From: Dehalococcoidia bacterium
GTDB lineage: Bacteria > Chloroflexota > Dehalococcoidia > Lucifugimonadales > UBA3495
Direction: 5' to 3'
Length of the DNA stretch: 64,000 nt
Assembly: GCA_965243255.1 (NCBI GenBank)
Contig: CBDEUH010000004.1
Location: 1,598,979 to 1,662,978 of the forward strand
A model generated the notes under the pieces. That model was not told the DNA's origin. It made no database searches and saw nothing but the letters and a program-made list of their open reading frames with translations. How positions within the stretch are numbered: the first letter of the stretch is position 1; each line of letters starts with the position of its first letter. The translations under genes were made by a program, and so were the position numbers. Below are positions 36,527 to 45,721 of this stretch, piece after piece.

Positions 36527-37726
36527 TCAGCCCAGAGCGGTCACGCAGCGGGCCGGGTTGGATTCCAACAGCACCCGGTCGCGGTGGCCGGTGTGAATGT
36601 AGTCGGCGAGCAACTTGCCGGCCATGGGGCCACGCCCGAACCCGGAGGATGCCAAGCCGCTGACGACGTAAAGATTATCCACCTGGGGGATACTGCCGAT
36701 AATGGGCTTTCCGTCCAGAGAGAATGGCATCAGCCCCGACCATGAGCGTTTGATGGGCAACTCACCCAGGAAGGGCAGGATTTCTACCACGTGCTTTATG
36801 TTGACGTCGATGCCGTCGGCGTCCACGGTGCGGTCATAGCCAAGGGCCTGCCGATCTCCACCGAAGATGACCTCGCCGTCCTGGGTTTGGCGACCGTAAA
36901 GGTGCCGGGTAACGCGTTCGTCGCCGACGTGGGTTAGTTCCGGCGGCTGGCCGGGGGAGATCTCCGGGTTGCCAGCCCAGTAGGAGTAAGACTCCGCAGC
37001 GGATATTGAGTGAAACACTCGTGGGGGTAAGGGCTCAGTGGCCCACATCTGCCCGCGCACCGGAACCACGGGTATCCAAACTCCGAGCATTTCACCCAGC
37101 GGGCCACACCAGGCCCCGGCCGCCAGCGCCAGACGCTCGGCGCGGAAGGCGTCTCCCGAGCAATCTACAATGAAAGTTCCGTCGGGGGTGCGAGTGATAC
37201 CGATAACCGCTTTGCCGGTGACGACATCCGCACCATGCTGCTGGGCCGCGTCCGCGAGAGCGCGGGTTGCTTTTGAGGGGTCGGCCTGGGCTCGCAACGG
37301 GAAGTGTATGGCGCCGGCCAATCGGGGGTTCAAGTTCGGCTCGATGCTGCGGGCTTGGCCGACGGTGAGCAGCTCCGCCGTATAGCCGCGGGAACGCAGG
37401 GCAGATATGCGATTCCTGGCGTATTCGTACTCTTCCGCCGACTGGACGGCCTGCAGGCCACCGGATTGCCGAAACTCGATGCCGTAGCCGAGGTCCAGTT
37501 GCAGACTGCGAAAGATCTCCAGGCTTCCCATGGTAAGGTGGGATTCCAAATCGGGAGCGTTGCCCCAACCGAGGGCTCCGATGCCGCCCGCGTTGACTCC
37601 CGACGATTCGGATGCGATAGCGCCGCGCTCAAGCAAGGTAACCCGGCGACCGTGCTGCGCCAGGTGGAAGGCAGTGGAAGCTCCGGCAATACCGCCTCCG
37701 ATAACGACGACTTCCGATTCAAACAT
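36527..37726 (-). CDS. FAD-dependent oxidoreductase (DAO family; sarcosine/D-amino-acid oxidase-like)
   Basis: VVVIGGGIAGASTAFHLAQHG dinucleotide motif. The start is set at ATG 37726, because the track's longer N-terminus translates a tRNA-Thr fragment repeat. Confidence 0.85.
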   Translation of the reverse strand: MFESEVVVIGGGIAGASTAFHLAQHGRRVTLLERGAIASESSGVNAGGIGALGWGNAPDLESHLTMGSLEIFRSLQLDLGYGIEFRQSGGLQAVQSAEEYEYARNRISALRSRGYTAELLTVGQARSIEPNLNPRLAGAIHFPLRAQADPSKATRALADAAQQHGADVVTGKAVIGITRTPDGTFIVDCSGDAFRAERLALAAGAWCGPLGEMLGVWIPVVPVRGQMWATEPLPPRVFHSISAAESYSYWAGNPEISPGQPPELTHVGDERVTRHLYGRQTQDGEVIFGGDRQALGYDRTVDADGIDVNIKHVVEILPFLGELPIKRSWSGLMPFSLDGKPIIGSIPQVDNLYVVSGLASSGFGRGPMAGKLLADYIHTGHRDRVLLESNPARCVTALG

Positions 37727-37779
37727 CGCAGACCAGTATGTCCCGCTGCCGGCGGTTGGAGCACCAAGAAGTGGAGGAA

Positions 37780-37796
37780 TGGAGCCGATGAAGGGA
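37780..37796. repeat. Exact 17-nt copy (TGGAGCCGATGAAGGGA) of the 3' end of tRNA-Thr (40057-40073); att-like direct repeat
   Basis: Identical strings were read at both positions. The right copy forms the CCA end, acceptor stem and part of the T arm of the tRNA gene. Confidence 0.75.
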
Positions 37797-38180
37797 GACG
37801 ATAATATCATTAAAGCAGGGCATTATTGAGTACCGTAGAGTGAGATTTCCTACTCAAATCTCGATCAGCGGTGCGGAATGGTGATGTAGGGTGCTGGGAA
37901 TTTGTCCGGCAAAGATGTTCGAGCGATTCTGCGCCGGTTTTTCGACAATGGCCTGAATCCGGGTACGGTTGGTCGACACCCTTGGCACAGGAGCGAAAGC
38001 GGATTGACAAGCACCGAAGACCGGCAATAAGCTCCAACCACTTTTTTCGGACCCTGCTGGTCGGCCGATATGGAGAATGCCGGTTTATAATCGGTGAAAT
38101 CCCAGAACGTCCTATCCTCAGAGGAATCGGTTGAATCTGGGAAATCCTGCGTTGGAAGACGAAGCATTTAAGGAGAACCC

Positions 38181-39755
38181 ATGAAATATGACGTTGTTAT
38201 CGTCGGTGGGGGAGCGGCTGGATCGGTGTTGGCCTCCAGATTGGCTGAGAACGCGAATACCTCCGTTTTGTTGCTGGAAGCCGGCCGAGATTACCCTGAC
38301 CCAGACTATCTCCCGGACGAGATAAAGTTCGGCTACACAAGTTATGCCGAATCCCCAGAATCGGAGCACAACTGGGCCCTGCGGGGAACGATCACCGAGG
38401 AGCAGGGGGAGATCCACGTAGCGCAGGGCAAGGTGATCGGCGGCGGGTCGTCCATCAACGGCCAGGCAATGCAAAGGGGGTTACCCGAGGATTTCGACTC
38501 CTGGTCTGCCATGGGCAATGATGAATGGTCCTACGACAAGGTACTGCCCTACTTCAGGAGATCTGAACACGACCTCGACATTCGTGATGATTTTCATGGA
38601 ACCGACGGACCTATGCCGGTCAGGCGTCGTCAAACCGGGGCCTTGTCAGGCATCCAGAGGGCCTTCCACGCAGCCTGTTTGGAGGCGGGTTACGGGATAG
38701 TCGAGGATACCAATGGCCCGAACCCCGCGGGCATTGGCGTGTGGCCCTCGAATAACCTGGACGGCTGGAGGATGAGCGCTGCTATCACTCACCTGAATCC
38801 CATGCGCCACCGGTTGAACCTTACGGTGAGGGGAGAAGTTCTCGTCAGGAAGGTATTGATCGAGGATCGAAAGGTCGTCGGTGTCGAAGCAGAAAGCGGA
38901 GGCGAAATTTTCAACGTTGAAGCGGACCGGGTTGTGTTGAGCGCCGGAGCTCTCAAGTCGCCCCACCTGCTGATGCTGTCGGGAATCGGCCCCAAAGACC
39001 AACTTGAGCAATTTGGGATACCTCTCGTTCACGAGCTTCCCGGAGTGGGACAGAACCTGTTCAACCACCTGAGCGCCCAGATCACCTTTAAAGTCAAAGA
39101 CGGAGTTACCCTGACTTCCGATCTCGATGCGGCGCGCTTCTGTTTGCACTACACCTCCCAGGGGTCCGGCGAAGTCAATGATATGTTGCTGAGGACCACC
39201 CCGATGGTTGACGAACGGCCGGAGCGCGTCCCCGGTTTACGGACCAAGTTCCTCAATGATGACGTTCCCGCGGACCGGGTTGCGCGAATCTCGTGCACGC
39301 TCGGACTACCCGACGGGGCAGGCTACGTCAGGCTGGCGTCTGCCGATCCAACAGTGCAGCCAGAGTTCAACTACCGCTACCTTCAGCATCCAAACGACAT
39401 CCGTCGGGTGAGGGAAGGCATCAGAATGGCCATCGGATTCCTTGAAACCGATGCGTATAAAGACGTGGCAGATTATCGGCTCCATCCAACGGATGAGATC
39501 ATGGCCGACGACAACGCTCTGGACGTCTATATCCGCCAAACCGTTGGAACAGCCAGGCATGTGTCGGGCACCTGCAAGATGGGCCCGGATTCAGACCCAA
39601 TGGCAGTTGTAGATCAATACTGCAACGTCAAGGGAGTAACGGGGTTGTCGGTGGTCGATGCATCGGTGATGCCGCGGGTTACAAGGTCAGGTGGCAGCCA
39701 TGCAACGGTTGTCATGATCGGGGAACGCGCCGCCGACCTGATTGCGTCGGCATAA
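38181..39755 (+). CDS. GMC family oxidoreductase, copy 2 (paralog of 34865..36439)
   Basis: Also 524 aa. About 70% identical to copy 1 by eye over the N-terminal 60 aa (44/60), with the same motifs. Codon usage is more AT-rich. AAGGAG RBS. Confidence 0.9.
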   Translation: MKYDVVIVGGGAAGSVLASRLAENANTSVLLLEAGRDYPDPDYLPDEIKFGYTSYAESPESEHNWALRGTITEEQGEIHVAQGKVIGGGSSINGQAMQRGLPEDFDSWSAMGNDEWSYDKVLPYFRRSEHDLDIRDDFHGTDGPMPVRRRQTGALSGIQRAFHAACLEAGYGIVEDTNGPNPAGIGVWPSNNLDGWRMSAAITHLNPMRHRLNLTVRGEVLVRKVLIEDRKVVGVEAESGGEIFNVEADRVVLSAGALKSPHLLMLSGIGPKDQLEQFGIPLVHELPGVGQNLFNHLSAQITFKVKDGVTLTSDLDAARFCLHYTSQGSGEVNDMLLRTTPMVDERPERVPGLRTKFLNDDVPADRVARISCTLGLPDGAGYVRLASADPTVQPEFNYRYLQHPNDIRRVREGIRMAIGFLETDAYKDVADYRLHPTDEIMADDNALDVYIRQTVGTARHVSGTCKMGPDSDPMAVVDQYCNVKGVTGLSVVDASVMPRVTRSGGSHATVVMIGERAADLIASA

Positions 39756-39892
39756 CCCCGCCTGGCCGCTGCCTGAAATCTATGGTCTAAGCCGGGTCGA
39801 GGACCCCGGCTCTGGCGAAAGAAGAATGTGCTACGCCCCGGACGGCTTTGCATTACCCCGGGGCGTATTGCCATTAGGCCAATCGGGAACAA

Positions 39893-39923
39893 AATCACGC
39901 CCTGGAGGGACCAGGGCGTGATT
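39893..39923 (+). terminator. Perfect 13-bp hairpin AATCACGCCCTGG-AGGGA-CCAGGGCGTGATT, third of three consecutive hairpins after GMC copy 2
   Basis: Seen in sequence. The preceding hairpins are GCCGGG-N8-CCCGGC and ACGCCCCGG-N14-CCGGGGCGT. No U-tract. Confidence 0.45.
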
Positions 39924-40056
39924 GCCGTCTAGTGGTGTGGAGTAAGGCCTGATGCTGGACGTTGTGGGGAATTTGTCCAACAAAACGGGCCAAAATCGGT
40001 TGAAACCCTGCTTATTGATACCGGGCTAGGTACGGTGACTGCCCCCATTAAGAGAG

Positions 40057-40132
40057 TGGAGCCGATGAAGGGACTCGAACCCTTGACCTGCGGTTTACGA
40101 AACCGCTGCTCTTCCGGCTGAGCTACATCGGC
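40057..40132 (-). tRNA. tRNA-Thr (anticodon CGT), CCA encoded
   Basis: Manual fold of the reverse complement: acceptor GCCGATG/CATCGGC, D arm GCTC/GAGC, anticodon arm GCGGT-TTCGTAA-ACCGC, T arm AAGGG-TTCGAGT-CCCTT. Confidence 0.9.
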
Positions 40133-40238
40133 GCCCGTATATTGTACGACGGAAATCGGCGGTTTCTCAACATCTGCATTTGCCCTACAATGCGCTAAAA
40201 TACCAGCGGCAAACCCGATACAGGAGGCAACCTGAACC

Positions 40239-40604
40239 ATGTTCGTGCGCATTTACACCGGAGACGACGGCCAGACTCACTTTGAGGACCTGGACCTTCC
40301 CGCCGATCGGGCCATTCACAGTGGAATGCAGGTTACGCCGGGCGTCAACTTCCGCCGGTTTGAGCCGGGCTACTTTTCCGACTGGCACACCGCTCCGCGC
40401 CGGCAGTACGTCATCACCCTGTCTGGCGAGATGGAAATCGGCATCGGCGACGGCACCAAGCGTCGATTCGGGGCCGGCGACGTCCTGATGGCGGACGACC
40501 TAACCGGGCAGGGGCATACTACGGCGGTGGTGGGCGACCAGCCGCGAGTGTCCGTTACCATTCCCATTACCCTGTGGTCGCCGTGGCTGCCGGCAGAGGG
40601 GTAG
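40239..40604 (+). CDS. Small cupin-like protein
   Basis: WHTAPRRQYVITLSGEMEIGIGDGTKRRFGAGDVLMADD resembles a cupin barrel. AGGAGG RBS. Confidence 0.6.
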   Translation: MFVRIYTGDDGQTHFEDLDLPADRAIHSGMQVTPGVNFRRFEPGYFSDWHTAPRRQYVITLSGEMEIGIGDGTKRRFGAGDVLMADDLTGQGHTTAVVGDQPRVSVTIPITLWSPWLPAEG

Positions 40605-40646
40605 GAGCGTCCTTCTACAAGCTCGGGATGAGCGGACCGGGGTGAG

Positions 40647-41639
40647 CTAGGCCGGAGCGTTGGCGCGGATAATCTCCATGGCCGAGGCGCCGGCGGCCTC
40701 GCCGGCGACGCGGGGAGCAATAATCGGCAGGGTTATCCCGGCCTCCCGATATTCCGCCAACCGGTCACGCCGGGCACCCGGGTCGGATGGCAGCGACATA
40801 CGGTCAATCAGTCCCGGCGGTACCAGCCGTTCCGCCCTGGGGAGGTTGCCCTCACGCCAGGCCAGGCGCACCAGTTCCACTTCGTCGGCAAAGCCCGCCT
40901 CCGCCATCAGCCGGCGGTAGCGGGGGAACCGTCCGGCGTAAGTGGCCGCCACACGGCGCATCCCGCCGTCTCCGGCGCCGGGCGACGCGACGGACAGCAG
41001 GGTAGCCAATTCCACTTCGGAGGGATCCACTCCGGCGCGCGCTGCGCCAATGGCTGCGTGGTGGGCAGCTGTGCGGGCGTGTTCCGGGGTGCACCAGGTG
41101 AGCAGGATGCCCTGGCTGATTTCCCCGGCGATTTCGAGCATCCTGGGGAACACCGCCGCCAGGTAGATAGGCAACTCAGGTCGTAGAACAGGGAAGTGCA
41201 GGTCAAAGGTGTCAATGCTGATGACCTCGCCCCGGTAATGCACCAGGTTGCCGTCGCGCAGCAGGCGACGCACGATTTCCACCGTGTCCCGGACTCTCGG
41301 AATCGGGGCGGAAAATTCGAGGCCATGCTCCGGCTCCACCTGCACCTTGTGGCTGCTGCCCAGGCCGAGGATGAAACGGCCCTGGGAGTAGTGGTCAACG
41401 CAGGCGGCAGCCATGGCGATGGTGGGCGCGCTGCGGACGAAAACGCTGCTGATGCTGGTGCCAAGCTTGATGGAAGAGGTGGCCATGGCGCAGGCGGTGA
41501 GGATAGCAAACTGGTCGCCGCCGTGTCCCTCGGCAACCCACGCCGATTCGTAGCCCAGCTCCTCGGCCAACTGCACGCACTGGACGATTTCGGGCGGGGA
41601 CATTCCGCCGCCGGTGAAGGCTACGCCGATTCTTTCCAC
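40647..41639 (-). CDS. LLM class (luciferase-like) flavin/F420-dependent oxidoreductase
   Basis: GYESAWVAEGHGGD and LGLGSSHK motifs are typical of the luciferase-like family. GTG start with a GGAGG RBS. Confidence 0.85.
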   Translation of the reverse strand: MERIGVAFTGGGMSPPEIVQCVQLAEELGYESAWVAEGHGGDQFAILTACAMATSSIKLGTSISSVFVRSAPTIAMAAACVDHYSQGRFILGLGSSHKVQVEPEHGLEFSAPIPRVRDTVEIVRRLLRDGNLVHYRGEVISIDTFDLHFPVLRPELPIYLAAVFPRMLEIAGEISQGILLTWCTPEHARTAAHHAAIGAARAGVDPSEVELATLLSVASPGAGDGGMRRVAATYAGRFPRYRRLMAEAGFADEVELVRLAWREGNLPRAERLVPPGLIDRMSLPSDPGARRDRLAEYREAGITLPIIAPRVAGEAAGASAMEIIRANAPA

Positions 41640-41652
41640 CGTATCCTCCGGT

Positions 41653-42492
41653 TCAGCTTAATAGTCGCCCGTGGGTTTCCCAGGTCAGCAGCACCGTCCG
41701 CGCCTGGCTGAGCCAACGGGGCGTCAGGCCGTGGTCCGTGCGCTGGAAAAACCGCTCCAAGTTTGCGGATACTGATTGCCGGGTTGCGTCATCATCGCTG
41801 TCCAGCCAGCGCATGGCCAACGCAATCGCGTCCGCATCAGACAGATTCCGCTCGGCGTCGGTGAGCCACCAGGGTTCATCGGGCAGGGGACGGATTTCTG
41901 GCAGGAGGCCCATTTCCCACAGGACGGCGGCCAACTCCGGCAGTCCCGGCCATGGAGGTGGTCGATCTCCACGTACAACTTCCCGCAGGTCGGAAGCCAT
42001 GTCTCCGGGCGTGGGGCTCCAGACGGTAATCATCACGCGACGGGCCGCTGCGTTGTGCAGCTTGGCAACGAAAGGCACGATGTCGCGGACGAAATACGTA
42101 ACGTCGGAAAGGTGAACCACGTCGCCAGTTTCGTCCGAATCCATCCACCAATCGGAGGTGATGCGCGCGTTGGTGATTCCGGCCTGGTCGCGGGCGGCGA
42201 TGAATTGTTCCCGCATCCCATCCGATGGTTCGATCAGCACCACCTCTTTGACACAATCTGCCAGAGCGAGGGAAATTCGGCCGGCCCCACCGCCCACATC
42301 CAGCAGCACGTCCGACGGCTCCAGGTAATCGATCAACCGCGACAGGTTGGCATCCCGGGGCCGCCTGGGATCCAGCCGGAACATCTCGGCCATCTCCGCC
42401 CAGTGATCCCCGGGCTTACGATGATCCACAAAATGGTCGGCTGCCACCACGGCATCATACACCGCTGCGTATCGGCCGGCGGCGGACGTCAT
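41653..42492 (-). CDS. Class I SAM-dependent methyltransferase
   Basis: VLLDVGGGAGRISLALA motif I followed by VVLIEPS. ATGA overlap with the upstream gene. Confidence 0.8.
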   Translation of the reverse strand: MTSAAGRYAAVYDAVVAADHFVDHRKPGDHWAEMAEMFRLDPRRPRDANLSRLIDYLEPSDVLLDVGGGAGRISLALADCVKEVVLIEPSDGMREQFIAARDQAGITNARITSDWWMDSDETGDVVHLSDVTYFVRDIVPFVAKLHNAAARRVMITVWSPTPGDMASDLREVVRGDRPPPWPGLPELAAVLWEMGLLPEIRPLPDEPWWLTDAERNLSDADAIALAMRWLDSDDDATRQSVSANLERFFQRTDHGLTPRWLSQARTVLLTWETHGRLLS

Positions 42493-43460
42493 GGCGTCAG
42501 AATCACCTTTCCCCTGGTGCCCCGAGAGGCCAGGTGTTGGTGGGCGCTGCCGGCTTCTGACATGGGCAAGATGCGGTCAACGATGAGCTTGAGCCGGCCG
42601 TCCATAATCATCGGAACCAGGTCCTGCATCGCGCCCTGATGGTCCAGGGAGCCGATGGGAGAGCGGCCCATGCTGAACCCGACAACGGTGCGGTTCAGCG
42701 TGGTGATGTCAGCGGCGGACAGATTGGCTGGCTGGCCGCTGGCGTTGCCGTAGCTGACCAGCCGTCCGTAGGAGGCCACGCAGCGCACCGACTTTTCCAG
42801 CACCGGACCGCCGACGCATTCCAGCACCAGGGCAACGCCGCGCCCGTCGGTCAAGGACTTCACCTCGTCTTCAAAGTCAACCTCAGTGTAGTTGATGGTG
42901 ATGTCGGCGCCGAGGGAGCGGCACAAATCCAGCTTGTCCTCGGTGGACGCCGTGGCTATCACCCGCGCACCCCATTCTTTGGCGAGCTGGATGGCGACGG
43001 TGCCCACGCCGGAGGCTCCGGCCTGGACCAGCACGGTGTCGCCGGGCTGCATTGCGCCCCGGGACTTGAGCAGGTGGTAGGAAGTGAGGAAGGTGATGGG
43101 CATACCGCCGGCGTGAACCGGGTCAATGCCGTCGGGGTAGGGGAAGACGAAATTGTGGTTGACGGCGACGTACTCGGCCTGGCCCTGAGGGCCCATGGCC
43201 ATCACCCTCTGGCCGATGGCAAGCCGGCCGTCGGTTACGTCGGAACCGAGCGCGGTGACGGTGCCAGCGGCTTCCAGGCCCAGAGTAGCCGGCAGGTCGG
43301 GGCCGGGGTAGTTGCCCTGGCGTCGCATGATGTCGGCGTAGTTGACGCCGGCGGCGTCCACCTTGATGAGGACCTGGTGGGGGCTGGGAGTGGGTTCCGG
43401 GGCGTCTTTCCACTGCAGGACGCCAACGTCGCCGTATTCCTCAATTCGTAGCGCTTTCAT
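42489..43460 (-). CDS. NADPH:quinone oxidoreductase / zinc-type ADH superfamily (MDR) protein
   Basis: GVNYADIMRRQGNYP and VLVQAGASGVGTVAIQLAK are typical of Qor-like MDRs. Confidence 0.85.
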   Translation of the reverse strand: MKALRIEEYGDVGVLQWKDAPEPTPSPHQVLIKVDAAGVNYADIMRRQGNYPGPDLPATLGLEAAGTVTALGSDVTDGRLAIGQRVMAMGPQGQAEYVAVNHNFVFPYPDGIDPVHAGGMPITFLTSYHLLKSRGAMQPGDTVLVQAGASGVGTVAIQLAKEWGARVIATASTEDKLDLCRSLGADITINYTEVDFEDEVKSLTDGRGVALVLECVGGPVLEKSVRCVASYGRLVSYGNASGQPANLSAADITTLNRTVVGFSMGRSPIGSLDHQGAMQDLVPMIMDGRLKLIVDRILPMSEAGSAHQHLASRGTRGKVILTP

Positions 43461-43482
43461 TGTGTATCTCCGTTCAAGGGAT

Positions 43483-44475
43483 TTATGCAGCCGGGCCGCG
43501 CAGGTTGCCGGCCGTGAGGACGTCGGGGTTGATTACCCGGACGGGTTCGCCAGACGCGAAGGCGCGGATGTCTTCCACGACGCCGGCGTAGAAGGCACGG
43601 TAGCCGTCATCCGTTACGTAGCCGACGTGGGGAGTGATGAGGGTGTTATCCAGCGTCAAAAAGGGATGACCGGCGGGCAGGGGTTCCACGTCGAAGGTAT
43701 CCAGGGCCGCGCCGGCGATGGAGTTGCGTTGCAGGGCGTCCACCAGGGCGGCTTCGTCAACGATGGGGCCGCGGGAGATGTTGACCAGGACGGCGGACGG
43801 CTTCATCAGTCCGATTTCGTGGGCGCCGACCAGCCCGCGGGTGCGGTCGCTGAGCTGGACATGAACGGATACCACGTCTCCCTGGGCAAAGAGGGTGTCT
43901 TTATCCACCAGGGTTGCGCTGCACTCGGCCGCGCGTTCGGCGGTCAGGTTCTGGCTCCAGGCGATGACGCGCATGTCGAAGGCGTTGCCGACGCGGGCCA
44001 CCAGGGAGCCGATGTGTCCCAGGCCGAGGAGGGCCAGGGTTTTGCCCTGCAGGCTGGCGCCGACGTGGATCCCCCACTTGCCCTGTTCGCGGGTGGCGCG
44101 GTCTTCTTGGGGTATTTGGCGCAGGATGCCGAGAATCAGGCCCCAGGTCAGTTCCGTCGGCCCTTCGCCGGCGCCGGGGGAGCCGCAGACGGTGATGCCC
44201 AGGTCGGTGGCGGCGTTGAGGTCGAAGGAGGCGTTGCGCCCTCCGGTGGTGATGAGGCAGCGCAATGAGGGCAGGCGTTCCAGGAGGGAGCGTGGAAACG
44301 GCGTGCGTTCGCGCATCCCCATGATGATGTCGAAGTCGGCGAGGCGGGCGGCCAGGGCGTCCTCGTCGGTGAGATGGTCGCTGAAAAAGGTTACGTCGGT
44401 GCCGGCCGGCAGGCTGCTCCAGTCGGCCAGATCGGCGGCGACGCCTTGGTAGTCGTCAAGGATGGCTACTTTCAT
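43483..44475 (-). CDS. D-isomer-specific 2-hydroxyacid dehydrogenase family protein
   Basis: LGLGHIGSLVARV NAD motif and a catalytic R...E...H arrangement (ISRGPIVDE...TPHVGY). Confidence 0.85.
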   Translation of the reverse strand: MKVAILDDYQGVAADLADWSSLPAGTDVTFFSDHLTDEDALAARLADFDIIMGMRERTPFPRSLLERLPSLRCLITTGGRNASFDLNAATDLGITVCGSPGAGEGPTELTWGLILGILRQIPQEDRATREQGKWGIHVGASLQGKTLALLGLGHIGSLVARVGNAFDMRVIAWSQNLTAERAAECSATLVDKDTLFAQGDVVSVHVQLSDRTRGLVGAHEIGLMKPSAVLVNISRGPIVDEAALVDALQRNSIAGAALDTFDVEPLPAGHPFLTLDNTLITPHVGYVTDDGYRAFYAGVVEDIRAFASGEPVRVINPDVLTAGNLRGPAA

Positions 44476-44502
44476 GCAAATGACTTCCTCAATAGTTCCT
44501 AG

Positions 44503-44522
44503 ATTCCCGCCTACGCGGGAAT
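44503..44522. repeat. REP-like palindrome ATTCCCGC-N4-GCGGGAAT
   Basis: Same palindrome as at 9960-9979 and 49637-49656. Intergenic. Confidence 0.7.
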
Positions 44523-44589
44523 GACGGGTAAGGAGCGGGTTGAATGACGGGTAAGGAGCGGGTTGAATGACGGATAGGGAGCAGGTTAT
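44521..44589. repeat. Tandem 23-bp repeat in three copies (ATGACGGGTAAGGAGCGGGTTGA; third copy diverged), contiguous with the REP palindrome
   Basis: Period 23, with units starting at 44521, 44544 and 44567. The last unit runs into the stop codon of the LLM gene at 44586. Confidence 0.85.
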
Positions 44590-45635
44590 TTGAAGGCGGG
44601 AATTACTTTTTCGCAGAGGAGGCGGATGTTGCGCACCACCGTGTCGTGGGGAATCAGGCCGCCGGCGTTGAGTTCGGCGACGACGCCGTCGAGGCCCAAC
44701 TCCTCGCGCAGTTCGGCAAACCGGTCAACCAAACCCTCGGGAGTGCCGAAGGCCACCTTGGTTTGCAGGATGTCGTCGTAGCTGAGGGCGGCAAGGCGGG
44801 AGGCGCGCTGGTCGCGCAGTTCGGTCTGCTCGATACCGGCGGAACCGGAGTCGGCGGCGTAGAGGCGGCCCATGCGTCCGAAGTAGTTCTGGATGCTCTC
44901 GAAGGGCTCTTCGATGGCGGATTTTTCGGTGAGGCCCAGGTACACAGGGACGCGCAGGGACACGTCGCCGTTGCCATCGTGGCCGGCGGCGCGCCAGGCT
45001 TTGCGGTATTCCTTGAGGTTGTCGCGCAACTCGGGCACGTCCATACCGCGCAGGCCGACGAAGATAGGGTAGCCGTCGGCGCCGGCGCGGGGGAAGGTTT
45101 CGGCGGTGGTGGCGGCCATGCGGAAGGGCGGATGCGGCTTCTGGTAGGGCAGGGGCGCGACAGTGGCGTTGCTGACCTGGTGATACTTGCCGTCGTAGGA
45201 AAAGGGCTGGCCCTGCCACGCCTGCATGATGATGTCCAGGGCCTCGCGGAAACGGTCGCGGCTTTCGGCGTAGGGCACGCCGTAGATGTCGTAGGAGCGG
45301 GCGAAGCCGCTGCGCCCGATGCCGAAGTCGAAGCGCCCTTCGCTGATCTGGTCAACGGTGGCGACTTCCTCGGCGATGCGCAGGGGGTTGTTCAGGGGGA
45401 GGACGTACACGGCCATGCCGATGCGCAGGCGCCGGGTGCGGGTGGCGATGCTGCTGGCGATGGTGATGGGCGAGGACAGCACGGAGCGGTCGGGCGTGAA
45501 GTGCATTTCGGCCAGCCAGGCGCCGTCGAGTCCGCAGGCTTCGGCGGTGTCAACCAGCTCGAAGCCTTCGGAGAAAGCCTCGGCCTGGGAGCCGCCGGGC
45601 CGGGTTTCGAACTGCATAAACATACCGAAGTGCAT
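44586..45635 (-). CDS. LLM class flavin-dependent oxidoreductase/monooxygenase
   Basis: GLDGAWLAEMHF and FDFGIGRSG motifs with the typical length. AGGAG RBS. Confidence 0.85.
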   Translation of the reverse strand: MHFGMFMQFETRPGGSQAEAFSEGFELVDTAEACGLDGAWLAEMHFTPDRSVLSSPITIASSIATRTRRLRIGMAVYVLPLNNPLRIAEEVATVDQISEGRFDFGIGRSGFARSYDIYGVPYAESRDRFREALDIIMQAWQGQPFSYDGKYHQVSNATVAPLPYQKPHPPFRMAATTAETFPRAGADGYPIFVGLRGMDVPELRDNLKEYRKAWRAAGHDGNGDVSLRVPVYLGLTEKSAIEEPFESIQNYFGRMGRLYAADSGSAGIEQTELRDQRASRLAALSYDDILQTKVAFGTPEGLVDRFAELREELGLDGVVAELNAGGLIPHDTVVRNIRLLCEKVIPAFK

Positions 45636-45721
45636 CGTTCACGCTCCTGGAACCGCCGCTGAGTGCCCCTGCTGCCGTCGGTTCCGCAATTGCGCCAGTA
45701 AAGCACAGGGGTAAAAGGGGG

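Larger units (their letters stand above)
37780..40073. mobile_element. Putative degenerate tRNA-Thr-associated genomic islet (no integrase) carrying GMC oxidoreductase copy 2
   Basis: Bounded by the 17-nt direct repeat. The interior is visibly lower in G+C than the flanks. It holds a single cargo gene plus 384 nt of noncoding DNA and three hairpins. Confidence 0.5.

Noticed and set aside
36527-37810. The longer N-terminus of the DAO-type oxidase as given by the ORF track (start 37810)
   Set aside because: The extra 28 codons translate the duplicated tRNA-Thr 3' fragment (37780-37796). The dinucleotide-binding motif starts right after the internal ATG at 37726.
37896-39978. GGGAATTTGTCC..CAAA shared 12-mer (37896-37907 and 39967-39978), plus a weaker CCGGG..TACGGT block, as terminal repeats of the islet
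   Set aside because: A single 12-mer match is expected by chance many times in 64 kb. The offsets relative to the att-like repeats are not symmetric. It is noted only as a possible ancillary feature.
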